A DNA stretch of 64,000 nucleotides from Alloascoidea hylecoeti (lineage: Eukaryota). The translations under genes and the position numbers were made by a program. Below are positions 22,764-34,562 of the stretch, in pieces. How positions within the stretch are numbered: position 1 is the first letter of the stretch; each line of letters opens with the position of its first letter. The notes beneath the pieces were generated by a model. The model was not told the origin of the DNA, ran no database searches, and saw nothing but the letters and a program-made list of their open reading frames with translations. The DNA lies in the NCBI GenBank assembly GCA_001600815.1, contig BCKZ01000030.1, positions 31,918 through 95,917 of the forward strand. Direction: 5' to 3'.

Positions 22764-23822
22764 TCATAGTGGTTTCCATAATTGTATAACCTCATCATAA
22801 AAACTACAAGTTAAAGCATATTCATTATCATTATATTGTATCCAATCAGCACCATAAACCATACTTTGATGACCTTTTTTTAAATAATGAGTAGTTTGTA
22901 AAATATCATCTTTATCATCATTTTCATTTTCATTTTCATTTTCATTTTCATTTTCATTATATTTTAAAATTGTTGCTCCATTATACATACAACAACATAT
23001 TAATTCATTATAATTTTTAGTTGATGGTATAATTTTCCAAACTCCACCACCTAAATTTTTTGAATTTAAAATTTTTGGAATATTATAACTTTGTAAATTA
23101 TCATCAATCATTCTTAAATCTAAGATTTTTAAAAAATCATCATAACTACCTGTCATCAATTGATTCTTATTCTTTTCAATTGATAAAATTGATGTGATAC
23201 CTGCATCATGAATTCTTTTATTTATCCAAATTTTTTCATTTGTTCTTAAATCATAAGAAATTAATAATTGATCATCACCACCAGTAAAAATCACATTATT
23301 ATTATTAATAGAACTGAAAATACCAATCCAACATTCTAATTCATGTTTTGTTTTAAAAGTCTGTTTTAAAGTTAATGAGGTATTTGAAATTGTTAAAATT
23401 GATGATGTACCATCTGTTAAAGTAACTAATATCAATGTACCATCATTGTTAAAATTTAATGAAGTTATTAATAAATTTTCATCAAAAAATTTTATATTGG
23501 AAATTAACGATATTGATAATGATGAATAATTTAAATTCCATAAAATCAAATTTCCTTTTGAATTTGATGATATAATTAATGATTTATTAATTGGTGAAAA
23601 TTTTAAATCTAAAATTGATGAATCTACTTTAATTGATTGTGATAATTTAATTTCTTTATAATCTTCATTAATTTGATATAAATCTAACGACCCAGTTCTT
23701 AAACCAGTTGATTTATTTAAATCATATGTTCCTGTAATGAATAAATTTGGGTTTAATGGTGAGACTTGTAAACAACAAGGTGGTGATTTTGATGAGATTT
23801 TAGAAATTGGTGATAAATCCAT
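22764..23822 (-). CDS. RRT2: WD40 diphthine methylesterase Rrt2/Dph7
   Basis: PCC..GTYDL...RTGSL, HELECW, TGGDD, HDAGITSI, TGSYDD, LGGGVW, CMYNG, HQSMVYGADW, TCSFYD. Confidence 0.9.
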   Translation of the reverse strand: MDLSPISKISSKSPPCCLQVSPLNPNLFITGTYDLNKSTGLRTGSLDLYQINEDYKEIKLSQSIKVDSSILDLKFSPINKSLIISSNSKGNLILWNLNYSSLSISLISNIKFFDENLLITSLNFNNDGTLILVTLTDGTSSILTISNTSLTLKQTFKTKHELECWIGIFSSINNNNVIFTGGDDQLLISYDLRTNEKIWINKRIHDAGITSILSIEKNKNQLMTGSYDDFLKILDLRMIDDNLQSYNIPKILNSKNLGGGVWKIIPSTKNYNELICCCMYNGATILKYNENENENENENENDDKDDILQTTHYLKKGHQSMVYGADWIQYNDNEYALTCSFYDEVIQLWKPL

Positions 23823-24094
23823 TTTAATGTTTTTTTCAATGTTGATGTTGAAAATGAAAAATGTTAGTATTTAATACCGGGTAATGCAATACGCACGAAC
23901 TCTTGTTGTTGCTTACTGGCGAATAGCTCACCCAGCTGACACACCAATATGCTCCTTCCAACATCCCAAACCGTATTCTAGCACGTGCTGTCCCCGTGAT
24001 CTTGTTTGTTTACATGTGTCATTTAACTTCACCCCCAAAACAAAACCTCTTTTTTCTCTGATTTTCAAACAAAATCTTAACTTAACAAATTAAA

Positions 24095-24837
24095 ATGGTA
24101 TGTATCAAATTTATTAAAAGGTTCTATTTTATGCATTTTCACAAAGTATCTACTTCAATATTAAAAATAAGAGTTGAATTTGTGAAGAATGGTAATTGCG
24201 GAATGGAATATTCAGATCAGATCAAGAAATTAATATGAAAAATTGAACAGTCATCAAATAAAACATATAAAGACGCCTTTGCACTTTTTGATAAAAAGGG
24301 GACGGGACAAGTTCCTGTTCAAGCACTTGGTGATTTATTACGTGCTGTTGGTCAAAATCCAACATTAGCTGAAATTGATGAATTAGAAAAAACAGTTGAT
24401 GGTGATCGTAAGTAAACCCCCTTAAATTTTCGAAATCAGAATTATCAAAACTATCAAAATCTAACCAAATCTATGTATTTTTTTTTTATAGTTGATTTTG
24501 AATCATATGTTAAAATTATTAATCGTCCAGATGGTTTTAAACCATTAGGTCAACCAGAAGATTATATCCGTGGATTTCAAGTTTTTGATAAAGAAGCAAC
24601 TGGATTTATTGGTGTTGGAGAATTACGATATATTTTAACTTCAATTGGTGAAAAATTAACAGATGCTGAAGTTGATGAATTATTAAAAGGTGTTAACGTT
24701 TCAAAAGATGGTAATGTTAATTATATTGGTATGTTTACATTCTTTTTTTTTTTTTGCATCCTTGTTTAATTGTTACTAACTTTTTGAATTTTTTGAACTT
24801 TGAATTAGAATTTGTTAAGGCTATTCTTGCCCAGTAA
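24095..24837 (+). CDS. MLC1: Myosin light chain (EF-hand); 4 exons: 24095-24097, 24251-24407, 24492-24728, 24809-24837
   Basis: ATG|GTATGT start-codon intron plus two further GT..AG introns join in frame: MSSNKTYKDAFALFDKKG..LRAVGQNPTLAEI..GFQVFDKE..GELRYILTSIGEKL..EFVKAILAQ*. Confidence 0.9.
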
Positions 24838-24931
24838 TTTTAATTGATATATACTATTGAAATACTATTGAAATACTATTAATATAATAAAATATAATAA
24901 AATAAAAATATAAAATATAATATGATAAAGA

Positions 24932-26164
24932 TTAATCTAATATTGGTAAAAAATTTCCAATTATCATCATTGGTATACCAAACACATCTCTTTTTAAAGT
25001 CCAAATTGAACTTGTTTTAATTTTTCCTTTATTCGGTGTTAATAGTGTACAATCAGACATTGTTGCACCTCTAAAATCACCAAATGAAATTTTTGAAAAT
25101 AATCTAAAATATTCTAAAACTGAATCATCATCCATTAATTCAACAATAAATGTAATTTTATTTAATAAATTAATTTCTTTCCATCCTGTTAATATTAAAA
25201 ATTCTTTACCAACAAATGATATTTGTCCAGTTCTTCTCCATATTATTGTTGGTGTACCAGAAATTGATATAAATCTTTGATATTCTAATAAAGTTCTTTG
25301 AAAACATTGTTCCATAAATATTAAATCTTCTTCTTTTAATGTATTTGTACATGCTATAAAACTTGGTCTATATTGTGCCATTGATTTTGCCATATCAACT
25401 AAATAATTTCTATTAAATCTTGATTTTAAATATTCAAATAATCCATGAAAGCCAGGTGTATAACTAAATGGATCATTGACTTGTTCATAAATTTCATATG
25501 GATATTTATATTTTAATCCCCATAAATAATTATAATTTTCATCATCAACAACATTAACATTATTTGAAGAATGCGTATGAGAATGTGAATTTGATGATGA
25601 TAGTTGATGTTGATGTGTATGTGATTTATGATTATTATCATTTAAATTTATATCAGTTCCAATAACAAATGATAATAAAGTTTTTAATTGTTGTGCTTGT
25701 GAAGCAGGAGAAAGTGGACTTTCAGGAATTTGTAATTGTAATGAAGATGAATCATTTGAATCTATTGAAAATGGTGAATTTATTTGATTTGAATTCGAAT
25801 TTTTACTTTTTATAATATTATTCATGACTTCTGGAAATGAAACAATATGTTGATCATTTGATAATTTACCTAAATAATATTGATTTATTGGTGATGCTAA
25901 TTCTAAAACATTTAAAACATTTCTTGATCCTCCATTTCCATTTCCATTTCCATCTCTATTCCTACTATTTGTTGTTTTGTTTGTTGTTGTTGGTTTTGGT
26001 AGCAAAACTCTCTCTCGACGACGATTATCTAAAATATTTAAATTATTACTCGGTAAATGAGAGTGAGAACTTGAATGAGAAACAAATTCAGATTCAGAAT
26101 CAAATTCGAAATCATTTGTTGAATGGTTTGATTGTGGATCTGGAGATATTGATGATAAAGACAT
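24932..26164 (-). CDS. Ert1/AcuK-like PAS-domain regulator, apparently lacking the Zn2Cys6 domain
   Basis: [71 protein letters not shown]. No Cys cluster in the N-terminus. Confidence 0.8.
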   Translation of the reverse strand: MSLSSISPDPQSNHSTNDFEFDSESEFVSHSSSHSHLPSNNLNILDNRRRERVLLPKPTTTNKTTNSRNRDGNGNGNGGSRNVLNVLELASPINQYYLGKLSNDQHIVSFPEVMNNIIKSKNSNSNQINSPFSIDSNDSSSLQLQIPESPLSPASQAQQLKTLLSFVIGTDINLNDNNHKSHTHQHQLSSSNSHSHTHSSNNVNVVDDENYNYLWGLKYKYPYEIYEQVNDPFSYTPGFHGLFEYLKSRFNRNYLVDMAKSMAQYRPSFIACTNTLKEEDLIFMEQCFQRTLLEYQRFISISGTPTIIWRRTGQISFVGKEFLILTGWKEINLLNKITFIVELMDDDSVLEYFRLFSKISFGDFRGATMSDCTLLTPNKGKIKTSSIWTLKRDVFGIPMMIIGNFLPILD

Positions 26165-26319
26165 ATTTATCACTTATAAATTACTTGTTATCATTTAAAA
26201 TGTATAGTTAAAATTTAAAAATGTAAGCTTAAATTTAAAAAATGGAAATAAATTAAAATGTGGAGGTTTGTTAGTTGAAGAATGTCTGGGTGTTTCAATT
26301 TGTATGATTCATTCAAATT

Positions 26320-26353
26320 TTTCTTCTTCTTCTTCTTCTTCTTCTTCTTCTTC
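26320..26353. repeat. (TTC)n microsatellite in the ARC1 5' region
   Basis: About 11 TTC units. Confidence 0.9.
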
Positions 26354-26367
26354 TTTTTCAACTCAAA

Positions 26368-27483
26368 ATGTCAATTGAAACCAATAACACCAAATTCGCT
26401 CCTCTTACTGATCTTCAAAGAGCAGAAGAATCCCAATGGGAAACCCTTTCATCCCGTTTCCCAGATACATTCCCTGGTCTTAATGATTCATTAAGAAATC
26501 GTACTTTTTTATTAGGTACTAATTCTCCATCAAAATCAGATATTGATATTTTTACCAAAATCTTTCCATTCATTAAAGAATCAACAACTAGTGATAGTGA
26601 GTTCTTGGTTAAATTTAGACATATTATTAGATGGTTTGATCTTATTCAACATACAACTTCTCAAAAAGAAATTATTAAATTTAACTATGATTTAGAAATT
26701 CCAAGAGAAATCAAACCAAAAGTTGAAAAAAAACCAACATCTACTGAAAATGTCAATGAACAGAAAAAGGAAAAACCAAAGAAGGAAAAGAAACAAAAAA
26801 GTGATAAAGCTGCTCATGCAAAACCACAAGCTCCTGCTGCTGAGACCCCTGAACATGCTGAAGGAGCTCATGTTTCTGAAGAAGAAGCTAAAAAATTAAG
26901 ACAAGAAAAAAAGGAGAAAAAAGCAAAAGCAAAAGCTAAAAAACAACCTGCAAAAGTTGAATTAATTCCATCACCAGCATTAGTTGATTTCCGTGTTGGT
27001 TTTATTCAAAAAGCAATTGCTCATCCAAATGCTGATTCATTATACGTTTCAACAATCGATATGGGTGATCCAGAAGGTCCAAGAACAGTTTGTTCAGGTC
27101 TTGTAAAATATATCCCATTAGAAGAAATGCAGCAAAGATATGTCATTGTAATTGCAAATTTAAAACCTGTTAATATGAGAGGTGTTAAAAGTTGTGCAAT
27201 GGTATTATGTGCATCTGATGAAGATCATGGAAAAGTTGAATTTGTTAATCCTCCTTCAAACTCAAAAGCTGGTGATAAAATCTTTTTTGAAACTTTTGAT
27301 GGAACTCCTGAACCTATTTTACCACCAAAGAAGAAAATTTTTGAAACTGTTCAACCAAATTTTACAACAACTGAAGATTTGGATGTTATTTATAAAGAAG
27401 ATGGAAAACCTGATAAAAAATTAATTAATAAAAATGGAGAATTATGTAAAGCTTCTACTCTTATTAATGCTACTGTTAGATAA
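26368..27483 (+). CDS. ARC1: tRNA-aminoacylation cofactor Arc1
   Basis: GST-like N-domain, Lys-rich linker, and OB fold DFRVGFIQKAIAHPNADSLYVSTIDMGD..RTVCSGLV..NLKPVNMRG. Confidence 0.93.
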   Translation: MSIETNNTKFAPLTDLQRAEESQWETLSSRFPDTFPGLNDSLRNRTFLLGTNSPSKSDIDIFTKIFPFIKESTTSDSEFLVKFRHIIRWFDLIQHTTSQKEIIKFNYDLEIPREIKPKVEKKPTSTENVNEQKKEKPKKEKKQKSDKAAHAKPQAPAAETPEHAEGAHVSEEEAKKLRQEKKEKKAKAKAKKQPAKVELIPSPALVDFRVGFIQKAIAHPNADSLYVSTIDMGDPEGPRTVCSGLVKYIPLEEMQQRYVIVIANLKPVNMRGVKSCAMVLCASDEDHGKVEFVNPPSNSKAGDKIFFETFDGTPEPILPPKKKIFETVQPNFTTTEDLDVIYKEDGKPDKKLINKNGELCKASTLINATVR

Positions 27484-28899
27484 ATAGTAATCATATATTT
27501 AATAGATCAAACTCTTGAGATGTTTAAATTTTGTTTTAAATTGTAATGCAATTGTGATTATCACAATTACAATTGCAACCGTCTAAATCTCATACAATAT
27601 TAATTTTAATTAAATTTCAATCTTATTAAAATCCTTTATTTCCTCTATCGTCATGTGCGAATGGAAAGCATACAAAATTTATAGGATACCATTTATAATC
27701 CTTATAGTACTAGTACTGATATCCAAGTAAAGGAATTGATAAAATGATAAATAAATATTTCTCAATCAAATGGAATTCACTCATTAATTGATATATATAT
27801 TAGTTGGTTATAAACATAAAGAACCAGCTCCAAATTATAACCAATATTTATATCAAATAGTTAATTCACATAATATCAGATTCATTAGTAACATTTCATC
27901 CTATTTATATCTCAAAACTGTTCGAATTCATGATACTTCAATAGCTGAGTTAATGGGAAGGAAAAATGAAGATAGGAAAAAGACCAAGACATTAAATTTA
28001 TTTTAAAAAGTAGATATCACGATAGTCCGCTAAAAAGGTGGTGAAAATTAGATATACTTATATGTGATAATATGGGGTTAAGAGGATCATAATTGTAGAA
28101 TTGTTTAAAAGTTGAAAGATCAGTGACACTTAGAAAAGGGGCTATATATATACAAAGCAACCACTCAGCAATACTATTTGTGTAGGTTTATTCTTATATT
28201 ATGCAGTTGTACCACTTAATGTCGGCCATTATGTATGAGCAATTTCGGGTGCCAAAATTAGCCGCATTTTAGTGAATTTATTGGTAAACATTATGACATA
28301 TATTTCTCAATATATAATCTATAATTTGTACCGTAGATTGGAATACAAGAAACATTTTTGTTCAGGATATAATATGGTTAAAAATATGATATAACCTAAT
28401 AATATTAAACCTAGGCCTTAATCCCTTCTTCATTCTTCAGTTCTGTTAATAAATAATGACAATTGTTAGAATTGTTCATTTTACACACATTGTTATAAAA
28501 TGGAAATACTTCCCATGTAACTCGAGCTCACCTCAGGTAGTAAATTGTCTTGAATTACTAGAGTGTGGTGGAAAAACAAATTACGGTAGTTTAAAGTCTG
28601 ATTATAATGAGCCCAAGGTCACAACAACAAAAAACAATTTACAATATACGATACTAACTCATAAAGAAGGTGTTTCTTCAGGAGAGATCTTGAATATAAC
28701 GGATTTTCAGATTATATTGGACTCAATGGACCGTAATCCTTGTAATTATAATTATTTAAATTTGATTATTTTTGGCACATAATTTCCTCCCATATACAGA
28801 CAGATGTTGAGATTTGCTATTATTATAAATACCTTTATTGTTCTACTACTAGAAAGTAGTAGTCTTTAATCAATTTCAATCATTATATAGGTACCATCA

Positions 28900-29398
28900 A
28901 TGAAAAGTGAAAATAATCTTCCTCTGGAAACTACTATTGATAATAGTTGAACATTTAGAGCTAAAGGATAAAATTAGTTTCAGCTCAATATCAAGTTATT
29001 TTAGACAAATTTTCTTTCCAATTGATTTTCATACAATTAAGGTAAGCGACTCAAACTCAAAGTTTACATTATCAAATCTGTTGGAAGAGTTAGATGATGG
29101 ATCTTTGAAGAATATTGGAAGTAAATTACATAGTTTGAAATACTTTATGGAAAATATTGATTGAAATTCAGCTAAATTATTAAAAGAGTTGGATTTATTA
29201 TTGAATTTATGTCCAAACATAACGGAAATTTCGTTTCCAGGTACTATGTTTAATGGATATCACGGAACTCGATCTTATCATTCAAATGTTAAAAGGAGCA
29301 AGAAATACAGAGAAAAACATGTACTCTCCGATCAAATCAAAAAATTATTCATTAATATTTGTTCAAATAAATAAGCTTGTTTTTGTTTCAAGAGCAGG
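28900..29398 (+). pseudogene. F-box/LRR-like family pseudogene (paralog of 34563..35378)
   Basis: ATG at 28900 MKSENNLPLE, then a frameshift near 28930, a stop at 29162 and later frame breaks. Fragments align to the 35378 protein up to QINKLVFVSRAG. Confidence 0.8.
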
Positions 29399-29608
29399 TA
29401 ACAACTGTAATGTGTGTAAAAAACTATTTTTTAATTTATATTTCTTTAAACACAGGACTTTAAGATTTGGAAAACACAAAAGAAAATTTTGTGATTCAAT
29501 AAATCCATAATATTTATATTTATCAATCAAGCCTGCCTGTGAGATACACACAAGTTCATTTATTTGACCTAATGAATAATCCCTGATATGATTGTTGCTG
29601 TACTTCAT
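29394..29608 (-). pseudogene. Inverted C-terminal fragment of the same F-box/LRR-like family
   Basis: QINELVCISQAGLIDKYKY..FLLCFPNLKVLCL..FLHTLQLLP aligns to QIKELMFVSKTGFIDDYKY..FLLCFSNLKVLYL..FLKTLQLLP. Confidence 0.75.
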
Positions 29609-30179
29609 TGTAAAGAGTAGTTGAGATTACTAATACTCATAGAGTGGTAGGTGTTTTTGGCGCTAAGAGCATTAAATATTATTTTACATAGACTAGTGGA
29701 TCATCTAGAATTGACGGAATATTAAGAACTATTTTAAAGCAATCATAAAATATGAAGTAGAGCTCAAAGTAATTATAAAATGAGTGATTTTATTTCTTGC
29801 CAACCCAAAGATCTAGATAGAAAAAAGCATTAAGGATCTAGATAAAATAAAAATAAAAAAAAGAAAAGTTATAAATACTGTATTGCTGTGAGTATTATGT
29901 AAAGTAAGAATAAAAAAATATTTTCTTCTTTTGGATAAATAAAAGAATAAATAGCTTTCAGAAAATAATCAACAACTATGAAAAAAATTGAAGATCACCA
30001 GAAGTTCAAAACTCAGATTTTACTCTTGCTAATACATTGACAAAATATGATAGTCTTCATCTCTAGTTGAACTATACATAGTTGATTATATTTCATCATT
30101 AGCATATTAACCTGAAAACACAACACGAGAAATCTCAAAAGATATTAATACCCTATAAGGAACTGTACCCTGATAAGTA

Positions 30180-30380
30180 ACGAAAAAAAGGGAGAAAGAA
30201 AATGAGAGGAAATGAGGGCCTATTTATATAGAATTTGGTAGCATGCGTATAACTAGCTGTGTATTAAATAAATTACCCCTTTGGGTAAGATATGAAGTTC
30301 TGAGTATATGCATATATGCATGCATATGTATATTTAACAAAAAGGGAAATATATCATAAAATACCACCTTAAAAGCTTGA
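30180..30380. repeat. Dispersed repeat B / possible degenerate solo LTR
   Basis: atagaatttggtagcatgcgta..aattacc matches 40499-40556. 30304-30380 resembles the reverse complement of about 60515-60580. The minus strand has CTATATAAATAGG followed by a pyrimidine tract. Confidence 0.45.
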
Positions 30381-30848
30381 ATTAAAGGTATCAATGATTA
30401 TAGAAATGATACTGTTAATAGACTTGTTTCTTTAAAATTTAAATCATAAATGGTGGAAGTCCTACTCTTAATCAAGTCAATCAACTAGAAATGAAAATTA
30501 TCATACTTTTTCAATGTATTAACAAGAGTAAAATCTAAGTACTGTTCATATTTCATAGTTGTTGATTATTATTTTGAATACTGTGTTTTTTATTTTTTAT
30601 TTTTGACTTTACATATATTCATTCATAGTAATATTTATAATTTTTTGTTTAACTGTAATGGTTTTATGGATAATGTTTTGTAATTTGTATTAATCGCTAT
30701 ATGTTATAACTTATATATAGTATATATAGTACCATATGCATGTTTGTATGAGTGGCTTAAGCTTCTGGCAGCACTACAGTATAAGGAGTTTTACTCTAAT
30801 TCAATATATTTTAGATATTTCTAAATACTTAACGTTTCACATTTGATA

Positions 30849-30990
30849 TATTTGAATACAACCTTAAGCGCTTTTTATAGGTTCTTAATTCTTATATAAT
30901 GTGTTGGATATATTACACTCTTGGAACAGTTCACTAGAGAGTCAATTGGCTTTTTGGCGCAACTGGGAGAACAGGCACTTTGGACTTTAA
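30849..30990. repeat. Dispersed non-coding repeat A, copy 2
   Basis: Direct match to 4212-4323 with a short insertion. Confidence 0.7.
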
Positions 30991-31269
30991 CATATAATTA
31001 ATATAAATATTTATATATAAAAATCGGCATACTAAAGGCCATTACAATAAGTTAAATATAGAATTTACACACATTATTATTGTTATATAGTTCCCATGTA
31101 GAAAAATAAAGGAGAAAACACCTATTAGAGAGGTAGTTCATCAGGGGCAACAATCCCTTCCTTCAAAACCAGAACATACCTTACATCAGAATATACGTTG
31201 ATAATGGTGATAGTATCAAATCATAAACTAAAAAAATAAAATTATACTCATCAAAATATACTATGGATA

Positions 31270-32748
31270 TTAATAATACTCATATTGCATAAATGGATTA
31301 TCATACTTAGTTGTTCTTTCTACATCTTTAGTATTTGGTACACCATCTGTTCCTTCATCAATCTCTTGTATACTTGAATCATTTGATGAAGTATATGATT
31401 GTGCTAAAGATATCTGATTATTATCTAAATCATAAACAGCATAAGCAGATCTTAAAAAAGCATCTCCTAAAATGAAATATTCATTCTCAGATGGAAATAT
31501 ATAAAAATAATAAATATCATCTCCGGTTCCTCCGTCTTCTGTGCTTGAAGTCGCTTGTGTTCCATCTGTTGATGTTAATGGTAATAATAAATTACTTACG
31601 GGTACTTTTATTGAAACCCCTGAAAAATCAAATTGAAGCTCTGAATATGCAAGACTTGATTTATCATCGGTTATATAGGCACCTACAGTTGATGAATAGC
31701 TTGCTCCGAGTTTACTCATGACTTCTTCAGCAATTGTTTGAGGAGCATAAATTGCAGTTGTGCCCGAATCTAATAATGCTGGTATACTTGATGTATAAAT
31801 CATTTCTGTAGATCCACTTGATGAGACCCCCTTCATTCCTGCCAATGTGACTTTTAGCTCAACCGGGCTAGAATATCCAGTTGTATTTAGAACATCTTGA
31901 GCAACTAATGACCCAGAATATTTTGCATGATCAACTGCTCCAAATAACAACGTACCTGATTCAGCAGATGCATTATTAAGATATAAACTATAAGCAGTAG
32001 ATTTAATAATTCCTGCATTTTTAAGAGCAACTGGGAAATTTGGATAAATATAACGATTTTCACTATTTGATTGGTAACTTTGTTCTAAATTACTATAACC
32101 AATTCCAAAAACTCCAATATTTGAATCAGTTTCCTCACCAACTGCAAAATACATTGAACTTAAAGTAATATTATCTCCAACTTTCATTTTATCAGTTGCA
32201 TAATATCCAGTAGATGATGTTCCATCAGCATAAGTTATTTCAAATTCATCACTTGATTCATTTTTTTTTAAAGTTGATGAATTAGATTCTATAAAAGTTC
32301 CATAATCACAATCAATTTCTGTTCCACATTTTGAATTTTTACTTGATATAACCCAAAGATCTGAAGAACCAGTATCTATTAAAAGACCCATTGATTGACT
32401 TGGTGTACCAATTTTAATTTCTGCAAGATAGAAAGTTTGTTCATTGACTAAAGTAATCTCATCAGATTCTGCTCGTTTTTGTAATGATTTTTGTTTTGAT
32501 GGTGGAGGAATATTTCTTCTTGTGAATGAAATTGCAACGCCTTGACCAGTACTAGTACCCTTGGTGGTAATATTTTGAAAATCTTCATTATCAATCTCTC
32601 GAGAATTTAGGTTTGAACTCCCAATTGCAGTTGGAGGGATCATTATATTTTTGGCATTTACTTTAAATTGTAAGGGTAAATTTGATGTTATTAAGAGACC
32701 GCACAAAATGATCCGTATACCTATTTTATAGATGTTGAAATTTCTCAT
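31270..32748 (-). CDS. Secreted aspartic protease (yapsin/SAP-like, A1 family)
   Basis: Signal peptide, KR propeptide site, LLIDTGSSDLWV and ALLDSGTT catalytic motifs, YSLYLN, ILGDAFLRSAYAVYDL. No hydrophobic GPI tail. Confidence 0.92.
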   Translation of the reverse strand: MRNFNIYKIGIRIILCGLLITSNLPLQFKVNAKNIMIPPTAIGSSNLNSREIDNEDFQNITTKGTSTGQGVAISFTRRNIPPPSKQKSLQKRAESDEITLVNEQTFYLAEIKIGTPSQSMGLLIDTGSSDLWVISSKNSKCGTEIDCDYGTFIESNSSTLKKNESSDEFEITYADGTSSTGYYATDKMKVGDNITLSSMYFAVGEETDSNIGVFGIGYSNLEQSYQSNSENRYIYPNFPVALKNAGIIKSTAYSLYLNNASAESGTLLFGAVDHAKYSGSLVAQDVLNTTGYSSPVELKVTLAGMKGVSSSGSTEMIYTSSIPALLDSGTTAIYAPQTIAEEVMSKLGASYSSTVGAYITDDKSSLAYSELQFDFSGVSIKVPVSNLLLPLTSTDGTQATSSTEDGGTGDDIYYFYIFPSENEYFILGDAFLRSAYAVYDLDNNQISLAQSYTSSNDSSIQEIDEGTDGVPNTKDVERTTKYDNPFMQYEYY

Positions 32749-33464
32749 CTTGTTATTATAGTAATAATATGATTGAATTTAAAATATAATTGATATGGAA
32801 ATTGAAAGACATCTTTATCCATTTTATAAGTTCTTTAATGATTATCTAAATGTATCAAAAAATGTAAGGTATATCTGTTTCGATCTAAAACTTGTCAAGC
32901 AAATAACATATATTAGAGTCAATCAGACTATGCGCTGTTGCGACATTTCGTTAACCAAGTGAGACTTGTGTCATATTCAAGTATTGCATATGATATGCAT
33001 ATGTCAAGTTTGACATAAGCCTAAACATATTATAATTAAACATTATAAACAAGATATGACAATTATATTGTTATAATATTAATCTGAAACTTTTTGCATT
33101 TCTTATTGTGTTTATTTTAGAATCTGAATTGTAATCTGCCTATAGGTAATAGCCATAATAAGTATGTACAAACATGTATAACCATAAATTATATATTATA
33201 AGTTATGATTAGGCTCATTTCAATTTTATACATTAAAGATAAAATTAAAGTATACTGCAAAATCTAAACATGAATAATTATTTTTAAAGATGAAGTTGAA
33301 ACAGTTACAACAAAAAGTCGCACGACCCCTCGTAGATTACTCAACAGTGGATGTCCAATAATTATTATCCAAAAGAGTATTGATAATGATTTGATATTGC
33401 TTGTATTATCCACTATGATATGTAACACTTTTAACCCAACACAGAATAGCTTATTGAAGCCATA

Positions 33465-34140
33465 TATTTTTTTGTACCAACTTTAGCTTTAGAATATCCG
33501 GATTGATCTTTAACACTGCAATCATTTAAAATAAGTCTGGCAAAATTAGGTAACAACTGTAATGTTTTTAAAAATGGTTTATGTAATTTTAAACCGATTT
33601 AAATGTAGGACTTTGAGATTTAGAAAATACAAAAGAAAATGTGATGATTCATCCATTCTAAGTTTATGTCTATAATTATATTTTGAGACAAACACAAGCT
33701 TCTTTATTCGATTAGGTGAATAATTTGCAATATGAATAAACTTACTCCTCTTCGGTATTTGATATTGTACCACCTCCCAAATAATTGCGATAATCATTAA
33801 AAGTAGTATCTAAAAATGAAAATTTCGTTATATTCGAACGATTTCAATAACGACAACGGTTTTGATAGGCTAGGCAAATCACAAGGAGTAGTTCTCATAA
33901 AGTATTCTAAAATGATTTACTTCCAATAATCTTTAGAAAATTTCCATTTGATTCTTTTAAGAGTGGTGATAATGAAAACTTTGAGTTTGGTCCATGTACA
34001 ATTTTATCAAAAGGAACAATTGGAAGCAAAATTTGTCTGTAATATATTGATATTGAACTACAACTGATCATATCATTAAGCTCTAGATATTCAATTATTA
34101 TCAACAAGAGTTCCAGGGGGAGATTCTTTTCACTACTCAT
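33465..34140 (-). pseudogene. F-box/LRR-like family pseudogene, tandem to 34563..35378
   Basis: MSSEKNLPLELLLIIIEYLELNDMISCSSIS.. with a stop at 33907. Downstream fragments (KLRMDESSHFLLYFLNLKVL) and near-identity of 33481-33520 to about 34670-34710. Confidence 0.8.
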
Positions 34141-34562
34141 TGATGATAGCTACGGTGATGGAAATTGTTTGATGAATATTCTTGAAAATCATTCCTTTAT
34201 AACCAAAGCCAATTTTAAAATCCGTGTACGTGGTATCAAACATATAATTAAATTTAAGCCAAACTTATGATTGTAGCTACACAGCCCTATAGGCTACATT
34301 TATATGGTCAGCCCAATATAATATATAACCTGAAAATCTATTATAAGTGTATTTTTCTATCCTCATTCAAAATCTCAACTGAATTTGCAATTGAATACCT
34401 TCATTTCATTAAAGATTATAACTCTACACAATGGGTTAATCTAGGGCCACGCCCATTTTAGCTGGGGAAAATATATATTAAAAGTAAAACTAAAGACGTA
34501 AGTATACTAAAAAATCTGATCGTTGCTAATTATTATTCAAACAAATATTGATGTTGCTTGGA

